A stretch of 45,685 nt of DNA from Octopus bimaculoides (taxonomy: Eukaryota), in NCBI RefSeq assembly GCF_001194135.2, contig NC_068997.1:35436758-35482442 (forward strand), in the 5' to 3' direction. Below are positions 22,391 through 34,267 of the stretch, in pieces (the stretch's first letter is position 1; every line of letters starts with the position of its first letter). A model generated the notes under the pieces. That model had not been told where the DNA came from and searched no databases. It was given only the letters and a program-made list of their open reading frames with translations. A program made the translations under genes and the position numbers.

Positions 22391-22739
22391 AAGCATTGGG
22401 AGATTATTTAATTTTAATAACTATTTTTAGAAAAATCTAACAAAAATATAAGAATCAAATCACTCTAACAGTGCTTAACAAAATTGGAGGGAAATATGAC
22501 AATATGAGTAGGGTGACCCCTCCCTTCCCCCCATTTTGGCAAATTAAGACTTGTTTAACTGCTCTCTGTCTGACTGCAAAACACCATTTTGGGGATACAG
22601 AAGAATTAAAGAAAGGTAAAAAAAAAAAAAGAATGTCAGTCATGGGCTTTAAAAATGAGAAAATGGGTTGTTGATCTATAGAAAACTATCAGTCATGTTA
22701 TATTGCTTATCACATGCGGACAGAAAAATAAATATGCTC

Positions 22740-24900
22740 TCTACTAACAAAGAGTGAAAAATAATTAGAAAGAAATGTTTGGAGATTGTAGACTAATCAC
22801 CTTGAAATCAGAACTGAACACTGAAAATCTTTGGCATAAGAAAAGAAGAATTGTGAATCAAATATTTACTAGTTTCCAGAGATATGAGGAGACAATGTTA
22901 CAGAGGTTCCATCCTAAGAAGATACATTCTGAAAAAATGTCTGGAGTGAGACAGTGCTTGATTAGAGAGCAGTACAGCGAGAAGAAACAAATATTGTCTC
23001 TGTGTTAAACCAACAGCATACAGAATTAATGGTGAGACCATTGAAACTGCGATTCAAAATCTTCAGGATAAAAAAGACACAGGAAGGGATTTGTTTATCA
23101 GGTACTGGTACAAAAATAACTGAACTTTTATTGTGAGTATGTTTCTGACCTTTACCAGTTATCTCTCAATAAATACATAAAAAAACTAAGCTGGTTTAGT
23201 ACCAGCGGAAATAAAATTTATACCCCCAAAACAATGCCACTCACCTATCAAAAACCTACAGTCAATTGAAGTCAGAATTTTATGTATGAAATGTATTAAG
23301 ACTCTCTGAACCTGTTTGTCTAATATTACTGTGATAGTAATATCTTCAGAGCTGAAAAAGCAGTTGAGGGATGTGTTGAACAACTCTTGGTAACAAAACT
23401 AAGATGCAAGAGTTGCATTGAAGAAACTAGGTCATAGCCTGGCTGGATTACAAAAAAGTATTTGATTCTGTTTCTCATTTTTATAGTTTTTGATAGGTGA
23501 GTGGCATTGTTATTGGGGTATAAATTTCATTTCTGCTGGCACTAAACCAGCTTAGTTTGTTTATGTATTTATTGAGAGATAACTGGTAATGGTCAGTAAC
23601 ATACTCACAATAAAAGTTCAGTTATTTTTGTACCAGTACCTGATAAACAAGTCCCTTCCTGGGTCTTTTCTATCCTGAAGATGCAAGAACCTCTTTGACT
23701 TGTTAAATTTCCCAGTACCATTATCAAGGTCATAGACAACCTGATTCTGTCCTGGGCCACCATTGTTTTTGTTATCACTGATAGGATACTATATTGTAAG
23801 AAGTATATTTCAAGGAGACATTTTCTTTGTGATGCTGTTTATACTTTCATAAACTCTGTCCTTTTTGTTAAGGAAATCTAAAGGATATGCAATTGGCTCA
23901 TGGTAAGACAGAAACATCAACTTAAGACATTACTTCTTTGTGGACTATCTGAAAATATATGTCAAATACATAGTTTGAAGGAAAGCTTTGGCCTGGCTTT
24001 GACATTATCAAAAGATATAGGTATATAGTATAACCAGGATAAATTTTCTTAAATGATTGAAATGGCTTGACTGTTTCTCTCATATTTTTTATAGCTAAAA
24101 ATATCCCATGATGGAACCTGTAACAAAGAAAGTATAACCAAGAGATATAATACCAGAGTAAAGAAAATATGGTCCTTGGAACATGACTCCTGCAATAAAT
24201 TGATAGCCCCCAATATGTTTGCTGTACCAGTGCTCATTTAAACATTAGATGCTAGATGTGATCTAGGTTATTGATGATAAAACCTGAAAATTGTTGACAA
24301 AGGTCAACAATTATATGTACTGCATTTACTTAAAATGGAACACGAAAACTGAAGATTAACATCAATTCAAGCAGCTTTTGGATGTTGCATTATATCTTAT
24401 TGACAACATCTAAACACCAAATGTTGAAGTCCTGCCTTGGATCAAGTCTGTATATGAGAGACTAACAGTATCATGAGAGTTAGAAAAGAGCTTCTCAAGG
24501 ATGTTCCCTCACTGATATCTTTGGATACACGCTCAAAAAAGTTAAACAACTTTCACAAAAGATATCAGAAGATGGGCTGTGTATATACCAGTAAAAGGTC
24601 ATGCATGGCTATATTATGGAAGGCTTCAAAGTGACAGTTACCAGAGTAGTTATTGCAAACTAACAATGTTGTTATTAGCTTTCACATTGAAGGATAAACT
24701 TTTGCAAATCAGGAGCAGGAAATAGCCACAGAATACAAAAATATGCACAAAAAGATAGGGATGCAGGTGAACCACTTGGGTATGATAACTAATGCAGGTC
24801 CTGTGGAATTTACATTGAAGATGTAGCCTCATCATGAGTAGTTTGTCAACAAGGTACTCATTGTATTAGTTACCTAGGAAGACCTTATATTGTGGTTAGA
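22740..24900 (+). mobile_element. Degraded R4/Dong-like (RLE-type) non-LTR retrotransposon
   Basis: KDTGRDLFIRYWYK, GCVEQLLV, AWLDYKKVFDSVSH, IFQGD, HYFFVDYLKIY (YMDDLKLY-like), RVKKIWS..NMFAVPVL, CRSCG..E (zinc knuckle-like). Clade assigned by motif recall. Confidence 0.7.
23061..23680. repeat. 195 bp inverted repeat with 230 bp spacer
   Basis: 23061-23255 versus reverse complement of 23486-23680: 11 mismatches, no indels. Confidence 0.95.
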
Positions 24901-24963
24901 TTATATAATGAAAAATCTATAGATAAGGTAATCCTGAGATAAGCTACAGTGATGTGGAGAGCA

Positions 24964-25206
24964 TGTTAGGAATAATAGGTTTTAGCATGTGAAAAGGACA
25001 TTCAACCTGTTGTGTCCTTGCAAGTCAATCTCTCTTCCATGTGTGCATTCTCATTTATGTTTTTTGTCTGACAGACAGTTTTGCCAATTGTTATAATATA
25101 ACTTTTATATAAGTAAACTGAGTTTCTTTTTTCTTCATTGGAATCTGGTGGGTTATATTTTTATCATCTTGTACCCAAGGACTAAATTACAATTATAGTT
25201 ACAACA
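24964..25206 (+). repeat. 5' LTR of the Gypsy element
   Basis: TGTTAGG...ACAACA. Homologous to 29564-29813 (TTTAGCATGTGAA, CATTCAACCTGTTGT, CCATGTGTGCATTCTCA, GTGGGTTATATTT) but clearly diverged. Confidence 0.8.
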
Positions 25207-26771
25207 GTAGCGACAAGGTTAAGGAATAAAATAGCCATTTCTTTTGAGCAAATGGAAATGCTTACCAAATGTCAGCAGAAACAACTTGAGGTGGCACAAC
25301 TCGAAAGTTATCTGTCAACTCAAACAGTGACAAACCTCAGACAGCATCAAATTCCATTACAGAATTTATTTTTGACCCAATTGTCAATATTACCTTTGAT
25401 TCATTGTTTGCACATTTCAGATACTTTTAGCATTGACTGTTTGAATCTTGATGACCAGGCAAAAATCAGATTACCCTTAAGCAAGCTTGGAACTAATGAA
25501 CACACTAAATACATCAACTATATATTATTGAAGAATCCTTGAGATATCAGTTTCAATGAAACAGCTGAAATACTTCAGGAGATTTTTGGTGCATACTTAT
25601 CTTTGTTAAATATTAGGTACAACTGTTTTAAAATTGTCAAGTCCAAGGAGGAGGATTTTGTCTGTTATGTGAATGATTCAACTTGAATTCTTTAATTTGT
25701 TTTCAGTTTAAATGTTTAATCTTCGTTGCTAATTAATAAATTTGAAGCATGACATGAAGATGATTGAAATGAGAGTCAGTAAATCAAGTGAAAACTAATC
25801 CTAAACCATTACTTATTGACAGAAAAAGAAATTTCAGTCCTCTTCAACTCTGCTGAAGAAGACCAGAATTGTGTTGTGAGACATTATGGAAAGTTTTGCT
25901 CTTAAAAGCAACACAAATGTCAATTATGTGACAATTTCTGCCACATGGAAGGTTTTTGTTTGCCTAATCATTCAAAGGAAGTCAGCAAAAAAAAATCTAA
26001 TCATTCAAGGGAAGTAAGCAAAAAGTCTCATCCCAAGTTTGCAGTTGATTACAAACCAAGAAATCAAGTTAACACAATTTATGCCAGTTTTAAAGTGGAT
26101 TTTCAAGAAGGAAAAAAACTCCCTGAGTACTGCAACTATTTGTTTCAATAAATGACACTCCAGATAAATTACAGTTAGATGCAACATTTGATATCACATT
26201 ATTTTCTCACAAAGTCTGGAGGCAACTTAGTTGAGACAGACACATTGCTAAGAATAATAATTTCAAACTTATTGGTTATTATCGTCAGATAATAGTTTCA
26301 AACTTATTGGTATGATTAAGTGTAAAGTACTCTTTGATTCAGAATCTTTTTAGTGGAACTTGTTATTTGGCAAATCAACATAACTTTGATTTACTTGGTT
26401 TAGATTGGGTTACTGAACTAGCCTTATGTAGTAAACCATTGAACTTTATTTGCTTATATCCAAACATTTTTGAGTGGTTCTATCTGTAGTTCATTTCATG
26501 TTGCATCATCTCGCTCACCCATTTTTCAAAGATTTGTTGGGGTGTTGCAAATTATACAAAGCAAGTTTGTTGCTAAAGCCTGATTCAAAGCTTGTATTTA
26601 GGCCTTGCAGACCTGTTCCATATGCAGTCCAATCCCAAGTCAACATAGACTATCTTGTACAATCAGATGTAATAAAACCAGTTAACTATTCAACTTGGGC
26701 AGCACCAATAGTGGCAGTTAGGAAAGCAAATGGTTCTATTTGCCTTTGCACTGATTTTTCAATTAGATTAA

Positions 26772-26989
26772 CCCTTTAGTATATAATTCAGCCATATCCA
26801 GCCCAAACATTCTATGTTTTATGTTAAAACTGGCCAGAACCAACCTCTTAGACCTATTCTAATATGTCATTCTAAAAATATAAAAACATACCATTGAAAT
26901 CTTGAAACTATAAGATAATGCATGATTAATTCAGATCAATGTAAATAAATTAGCAATAGATTTGACAAAGACATCTGAATACTAAAGGG
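26772..26989. mobile_element. 218 bp piggyBac-type MITE
   Basis: TIR CCCTTTAGTAT / ATACTAAAGGG, TTAA on both sides (26768-26771, 26990-26993). Excision restores the Gypsy pol frame DFSIRLNEALNDNSYTLP. Confidence 0.9.
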
Positions 26990-27850
26990 TTAAATGAAGC
27001 TTTAAACGACAACTCCTACACTCTACCTATTGATGGAGACATTTTCAGCAAGCTTAATACTGGTTGCTGCTTACTTACAAATTGAAATGGATAATAGTTC
27101 AAAATAACTGTTGACAATACTCACAAAGGTCTTTACCAATATCATTGATTGCCATTTGAAATAAAAATGGCTCCAGCTATATTTCAACAAGTAATGGATA
27201 TGATGATTGTAGACAAATCTGGAGTTGCATTTTATCTGGGCAATATTATAGTGACTTGTTCAAAGAAAGAAGAATTATAATCATTTTATTGATTAGATAT
27301 CCTTTTCCATAAAATGAATTCATTTGGTTTTCAAGTAAAAGAGGACAAATGCAATCTTTTTAATGACCTCAATAAAATACCTTGTTTTTTATTATTAACA
27401 AAGCTGATCATAAACCAGACCCAGCAAATGTAGAGGCAATATTAAAAATGCCAGATCCATCAGATGTTAAGTTTCTTGGACTCCTTATTTATTACAATGT
27501 GTTCCTACTTTCCATGCTTTGTTTGCCTAAACCTTTAAACTATCTACTTCAAAAAGATAGAAAGTGGAATTGGACACCAGCATACCTTTGAAGAAGTGAA
27601 AGAATTCTTGCAATCTGATTTATTTCTAACCCATTATGACCCAAAGTTGGAAATAATACTGTCCACAGATGCTTTAGATTATGTTATTGGAGCTGTCATA
27701 TCCCATGTATTCCCAGATGGCATTGAATACGAAATTATGCACACTGCTCATACCTTGAGTAAAGTAGAAAGATACTAGTTATACTGAAAAGGAAGCATCA
27801 ACTTTAGTGAAGATAAAAGATTTCATGAAATGTTGCAGATCCTATCTTTA

Positions 27851-28670
27851 TCAGGTAAATGATACTGCTCAATATGTAGGAAAGATGTTGACAGGAATTT
27901 CATATGATGTACCTTGTGCAAACTATGGGCACACAAGAGATGCTGTGGAATAATAAGGAAGCTTAACAGAGAAAGTAATGATTGTATGTGGCAGATGCAC
28001 TGGAGACATAAAGACTACAGATACATGGGAAACTGATTTTCTCAAATTCCCTGGAGGCTCTTAAGAGATAGTTGATAATGTCTGCTATGTAAGGGACCTA
28101 ATTTGCAGTGAGGGAGTCTGTACTGAAAGTGTAATTGGTAGAATAAGAATTGGATGGAGAAACTCAGAGAACTTTTAGCTCTGTTGGCAACCAAAGGTCC
28201 CTCCTTTCTCTCTCTCTCTCTTTCTCTCTCTCTCTGTGAATGAAAGGAAGGCTGTATGATGTATCTGTACAAACAGCAATGTTACATGGTAGTGAGATAT
28301 GGGCTCTAAATGCAGAAGACCTGCAAAGACTAGAGAGGAACAAAACTTGAATGCTCTGCTGGATGTGCAATGTCAGTGTACATGTGCTACAGAGTGTTAG
28401 TGTATTGAGAGAAAAGTCAGGCATATGCAGTGTGCAAGAGAGAAGATTGCAGTGGTTTGGTCATGTGATGTGTATGAATGTAGACAGTTGTATAAAAAAG
28501 TGCTAATCACTTAAAGTGGATGGAACTTGTGGAAGAGCGAAATCCAGGAAAACATGGGCTGAAGGATTTGAAGGCTAATCTCAAGACACTAAGTATTACA
28601 AAGGAGATAAGGGACTGAGATATCTGGCACCTTACTGTACTCTAGAAGACCTGCCTATCACAGCAGAATT
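27851..28670 (+). mobile_element. Old RTE LINE 3' coding fragment inside the Gypsy element, with a (CT)n tract at about 28205-28234
   Basis: CSICRK, CGRC, AMLHGSEIW, LQWFGHV motifs. Heavily mutated. Confidence 0.8.
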
Positions 28671-29563
28671 GATATTCTAAACCACCTTAGTTAATGCTTG
28701 TCTGTGAGGGACTCTGCCCCATGCCCACCTACACTCCCTCTGCCTTGTCAACCATTTCCCCCCCACCTTTCATCCCCTAACACCCATCACCTGAGAGCAG
28801 AATAGGTGCATACTACATCCCCTTGCTTTCCCAGCTACCTTCTCTACCCTGAACCACTTCCTTTTCCTATTATCTTCTCCCAACCTGCTGTCTCCACCAA
28901 TTACCTCCTTCCTGTGCCTTCTCTTCCCTGTGTTGTTCTCCATCATTAACACCTCACTTATCTGCTATCACCATCAATGCCCTCAGATACTTATTGCAGT
29001 CCCCACACTCAAGCCATTCCTGTATTTCACTTTATCATTTGCCTTAGTCATCTGTATCCTTCCGCAACTGCCCCTGGGGGGGAAATTCAAACAATTATGG
29101 AGAATATTCTGCCATATAATTGTAGAAAAAAAGCAAAACGAGATTTAAACAACCAGCACAAGAAGTATGTGAGACAGTTCTGTTCCAGACAGCCAGTATG
29201 AGTATGGCAATTTAGAAAGGAATAATTAGTGTGGTCACCTGGTATAGTTAAAAAGCAATTTAGAAAAGTTATTTATGAAATTTAAGTGGATAAGCAAATC
29301 TGGACAAGACATTATAATCAACTATGGAAAAGAGAAATAACTTCAAATAATAGCGATCAAAGAAGCGAGATATCCCTGCACATTCTGCTGGAAGAATTTA
29401 ATATATCTTTATCAAAGGTACATGCTCAAAAGAATGATTTTCAATGTCAAGCTCAATGAAGTTCTACTTGAATTCACCAAAAGCCAAAAAAAAAGGTCAT
29501 TTTAGATTCACACAAAAAGTCTTATGACAGTGGAATTTAATTTTTTTTTGTTGAAAAGGAAGG

Positions 29564-29813
29564 TATTAGGGATAAGATGACCAATAGTTATTTAGCATGT
29601 GAACATGGCATTCAACCTGTTGTATCCCTGCAAGTCAGTCTTTTTTCCATGTGTGCATTCTCACTTCGGATTTTTGTCTGGTGGACAGCTTTGTTTTGCA
29701 GATTATTATAACTCTTATGCAAGTGAAACAAGTTTCTTTCTTCTTCACTGTGATCTAGTGGGTTATATTTCTATCATCTAGTATGCAAAGCCCAAATTAC
29801 AGTTACTATACAC
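29564..29813 (+). repeat. 3' LTR of the Gypsy element
   Basis: Follows the polypurine tract and matches 24964-25206. Confidence 0.8.
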
Positions 29814-30577
29814 AATGCACATAATTTAGACAAATACTGGTGGAATGTTCTTAAGATCTCGATAAAATGCAGGCACTACAGATCAGGCTTAATGATATAG
29901 GACAGAAAAGAAACTATGCATAACCATTGAAATAAGCAAATGTCAACATAATGTTAAAGATTAATGGAAAAGGAAACATCTGTGCTGAACTGCCAATTCA
30001 TTTGGTTTCAGAACAGCAGATAGCTACTAAATACCTTATCAACAAAAGAGATACAGATGCCTCTAAACCTCCATTCTGTGATAGAAAGTGCTGATTGTGT
30101 TATACTAGTGTGGAAGATATCGGGAATTGTCCACTTGTTTCCAGACTGAACACATGCACACAATCACATATACATATAAAATGCACACATTCACTCCTCT
30201 GCACATAAACAGTAATGGACATACACACTTCTGTACTAAAGCAACAAGCACATCTACTTCTCAAGTGAGAATTTGTCCATATGCACAAAAACATATATTT
30301 CAAATAACTACACATTCCAAAAGCTGTCTCAACCATGACAAAAAAGCCTTTCCACTCATTAATGATTTGTAGGGACATGGTATGCAGCCATAATATACCA
30401 CAAAGCATATTAAACATTTTTAGAAGTCAATATCATGTTCTACTGTGTTAACAGTGCTATTACATCACTTGTTAAGGCTATCTCTACAAATTTTCTGTAG
30501 AAATTATAGCCAGCGCTGATTTTGTTACATTTCGTATCTGAGATGTCTGATGTAAGCAAAGATGAAACATGAATAAT

Positions 30578-30626
30578 GAGTGTATATGACATATTTCAGG
30601 AGATTTTGCTCCTTCATCAGCTCCTG
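30578..30626 (-). ncRNA. Candidate minimal type I hammerhead ribozyme (degenerate)
   Basis: Minus strand CTGATGA-AGGAG-CAAAAT-CTCCT-GAAA-TATGTCATA-TA. Core boxes and 5 bp stem II are perfect. Stem I pairs poorly. Confidence 0.4.
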
Positions 30627-30791
30627 TCCAACCCATGAATCATCCACGAACTCATTACTAAATGTAGTGTTGTAGCATTATTGGGTATAACAATTTTACA
30701 TATAAAACACATTCCTGGAAACTGGTACATAAATATTAATGACTTGAAGGGACACAGTATTTCATTATGCAACCATAATATAACATAAAGA

Positions 30792-30938
30792 ATATTAAAT
30801 GTTGTTATAAGTCATTCATTCAGCTGAATTGATGGAAGTCAGAGATAGTCAGACCCAGGCTATAATTGTTATAGCCTGGGTTTGACACTCTCTGACTTCC
30901 ATCAATTCAGCTGAATGAATGACAACAGCGTTTAATAT
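30792..30938. repeat. Near-perfect palindrome
   Basis: Arms 30811-30865 and 30869-30923 match 52/55 with a 3 nt loop. Extends 15 bp further with a 4 nt bulge. Confidence 0.95.
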
Positions 30939-31261
30939 AGTTTATTAAAGTTGGAAGACAACTGACCTGCCCAATCTTCTGAATGCTTGATTTAAGATGT
31001 TTGTGATTGTGAATTGTCTTGGTCAGTGTGTATCATTTGCAGATTCTTGTTTAAACTTTTCCCCCTAATGATTTTCTAACCTTGAGTATCTCAGATGTTA
31101 ATAGTTTTCACCTACATTCTAGAAAATTAAAGAGAATGATGTATCTCTCATCCCCCAAAATAGTTACTATGAATTTCAGTACTGATTGTTAGCTCTTGAA
31201 TTTTTTGGAGAAGAGGTGACATGATTCTATGGACTAAGACTTCATTTTAGGATCATAAAGA

Positions 31262-31490
31262 TATGTATGTTTGTGTCTCCTTGTCTTGAAATCACATGAT
31301 AGTTGTAAATGAATGTCACTCATGCAAGCATTGTCCACTATTCTGCAAAACATGTCTGTTGAGAAGGAAATATTGCACTGCCTGAAAACTGAGTTTTGGT
31401 GATAGGAAGGCTATCCAGAAAATCCTCCTCTGTATACTCTATTTGATCCATGCAAGCATTGAAAAGTGGATATTAAAATAATGGTGATGA
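31262..31490 (+). mobile_element. Non-coding SINE-like repeat with RTE-type tail
   Basis: Reverse-complement similarity to 36417-36660. Ends CCATGCAAGCATTGAAAAGTGGATATTAAAATAATGGTGATGA. Confidence 0.6.
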
Positions 31491-31687
31491 TATACTGATA
31501 TGTACATTACATTTTTCAGATAAATTCATATGTAAAAAATTTATTCTTTCTCAAGAAATCAATATTGCTTCATCCATATTTATTGCTGTAAATTATGTTG
31601 GAATTCAAGTGGAGTGGTTATCTTTATCCATGTGCAATACTTATTTGAGAATGTCTAAAATTTGGGGGTGGGGTGGAAGGGGTAGAC

Positions 31688-32074
31688 ACCAGAAGATGAA
31701 CAAAGTGGTGAGAAAGTATCTACAGACTCACAGAGGGGATGACAGGAGACCAAGACCAAGACTCCTGGCAGTTTGCTGTGCTTGAAAAGACATTTCAAGC
31801 TAAGTAAAAGCATGGTTGTCTTTGCATACAGGCTTGTAGATGCTGGTGCCACATAAAAAGCACCTGTACTGGTGCCATGTAAACACACCCATGCCAGTGT
31901 TGCATAAAAGCACCCAGAACACTCTGTAAATTGGTTGGCATTAGGAAGGGCATCCAGCCATAAAAACCATGCCAAAACAGACATGGAGCCTGGGCAGCTC
32001 TTCAGTTGGCTAGCTCCTGTCAAGCCATCCAAGCCATGCTAATATGGAAAATGGACGTTAAATGATGATGATGA
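31688..32074 (+). mobile_element. Short 5'-truncated RTE 3' end
   Basis: Three GTG..CA.GTAAA..GCACC motifs, GTTGGCATTAGGAAGGGCATCCAGC block, tail GGACGTTAAATGATGATGATGA. Confidence 0.85.
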
Positions 32075-32400
32075 AGGTGATAAATGGTTTGTTCTACCAT
32101 TTGTGATTAAGGAGTAATATAAAATATAGTTTATAGATGTGAAGAAAAACTGTTTTGATGAATTTGCTGAGGCTGAGCTATTTTGCAGGTGTAGGAATGG
32201 GGTTTTATATTTTTTACACACATGTTTTTTTTATGATAGCTTTAAATAACTAATTAACACTAGTGTTTTTTTTTTCTTATAAAAACCAAGCTGCAAATAT
32301 AAATTCTCAATTACCATCCCCTGTTGAATTTGGCCATTTGGATGGCAAAAAGTTGGTTGAAATTTGATCTTTGAGGAACTCTCACTTGAATTTCAAATAT

Positions 32401-34205
32401 ATCATCATCATCATTGTTTAACATCCGCTTTCCATGCTAGCATGGGTTGGACGATTTGACTGAGGACTGGTGATCCAGATGGCTACACCAGGCTCCAATC
32501 TGATTTGGCAGAGTTTCTACAGATGGATGCCCTTCCTAACGCCAACCACTCTGAGAGTGTAGTGGGTGCTTTTATGTGCCACCAGCACGAAGGCCAGTCA
32601 GGCGGTACTAGCAACGGCCACACTCAAAATAGTGTATTTTACGTGCCACCTGCACAGAAGCCAGTCCAGTAGCACTGGCAACGATGTTACTTGAATGACT
32701 TTTCATGTGCCACCGGCACAAGTGCCAGGAAGGCGACGCTGGTAACGATCACGCTTGAAAGGTGGTGCCATCACGATTTCGCTTTCGCTTGCCCCCAACA
32801 TGTCTTCCTAAGCAGAGTTTAGTGTCCAATGGAGGAGATGCCTCAACAGGTTTTCGCAAGCAGAGTAAGCATAAGTGGGCTGGCTACATCCCTGGCAGAG
32901 GCCTTGGATTTTGGTCTCACTTGGCTTGCCGGGTCTTATCACGCACAGCATATTTCCAAAGGTCTCGGTCAGAAGTCATTGCCTCGGTGAGGCCTACTGT
33001 TTGAAGGTTGTGCTTCACCACATCATCCCAGGTCTTCCTGGGCCTGCCTCTTCCACAGGTTCCCTCAACCGCTAGGGTGTGGCACTTTTTCACACAGCTA
33101 TCCTCATCCATTCTCACCACGTGACCATACCAGTGCATTCGTCTCTCTTGCACACCACAACTGATGCTTCTTAGGTTCAACTTTTCTCTCAAGGTACTTA
33201 CACTCTGTCGAGTATGCACACTGACATTACACGTCCATCGGAGCATACTGGCTTCATTCCTTTCGAGCTTACGCATATCCTCAGCAGTCACGGCCCATGT
33301 TTCACTGCCATGTACCATGGCTGTTCGTACACATGCATCATAGAGTCTGCCTTTTACTCTGAGAGAGAAACCCTTTGTCACCAGCAGAGGTAAGAGCTCT
33401 CTAAACTTTGCCCAGGCTATTCTTATTCTAGCAGCTACACTTTCAGCGCACCCACCCACTACTAACTTGGTCACCTAGATAGCGGACGCTATCAACTACA
33501 TCTAGTTTTTCTCCCTGGAATGTGGCAGAAGTTGTTTTCTGCACACTTACAGTGTTTATTGCTCCTGAACATCTGCCACATACAAGAACTAACTTCCTAG
33601 TTAACCTTCCTTTGATATTGCCGCACCTCTTATGTGTCCATAGCTTGCACTGGGTGCATCTTATAGAGTTTCTACCTACGCCTTTTCTACAGATCAAGCA
33701 GGGCCATCTACCTGAAGGGGTTTGTGTTTTCTCTACCTTCCAACTTATTAGGACTTTGGTTTTAGCTAGGTTGACTCTAAGGCCCTTTGATTCTAGTCCT
33801 TGCTTCCACACCTGAAACTTCTCCTCTAGTTCTGATAGTGACTCAGCAATTAGTGCAAGGTCATCAGCATAGAGGAGCTCCCAGGGGCATCCTGTCTTGA
33901 ATTCCTTTGTTATCGCCTGGAGGACTATGATAAATAGGAGGGGGCTGAAGACAGAACCTTAGTGGACCCCTACCTCTACCCGGAATTCTTGACTGTACTC
34001 ATTGCCAACCGTCTCCTTACTGACAGCGTCTCTAAACATGGCTAGCACAGCTCTCACTAACCATTTTTCTATCCTTAGTTTCCTCATTGACCACCAGATG
34101 AGGGATCGGGGGACCCTGTCAGAGGCTTTCTCTATGTCAACGAAAGCCAGGTACAGAGGTTTATCCTTGGCTAGGTATTTCTCCAGAAGCTGTCTTACCA
34201 GAAAT
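32401..34205 (-). mobile_element. Youngest-looking RTE LINE copy, 5'-truncated, antisense to the host gene
   Basis: From FLVRQL to the stop at 32917 I find only one in-frame stop and one frameshift. WELLYADDL, C4HC3 insert, YLG, HGSETW, WYGHV, GRGRPRKTW, full UTR and (TGA)n tail. Confidence 0.95.
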
Positions 34206-34267
34206 GGTAGGTCATGTTATATATTTATCACTTACATATTATGACTACTTTCATTCTATTTTTCCAG

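Larger units (their letters stand above)
24964..29813 (+). mobile_element. Decayed Ty3/Gypsy LTR retrotransposon with both LTRs, integrase core missing
   Basis: PBS-like GTAGCGACAAGG (25207-25218), gag LDDQAKIRL..KLGTNEH..YINYIL, protease QLDATFDITL, RT RPVPYA..WAAPIVAVRKANG, MAPAIFQQVMD, RNase H LTHYDPKLEIILSTDA, 3' WSPGIV..WTRHYNQL, PPT GAAAAGGAAGG (29553-29563). Confidence 0.88.

Noticed and set aside
24959-29818. Target-site duplication for the Gypsy element
   Set aside because: Flanks (GAGCA versus ATGCA) match too weakly and the LTR ends are eroded.
30100-30417. 105 aa minus-strand ORF as a host exon
   Set aside because: No consistent splice sites or recognisable domain, and opposite to the supported gene.
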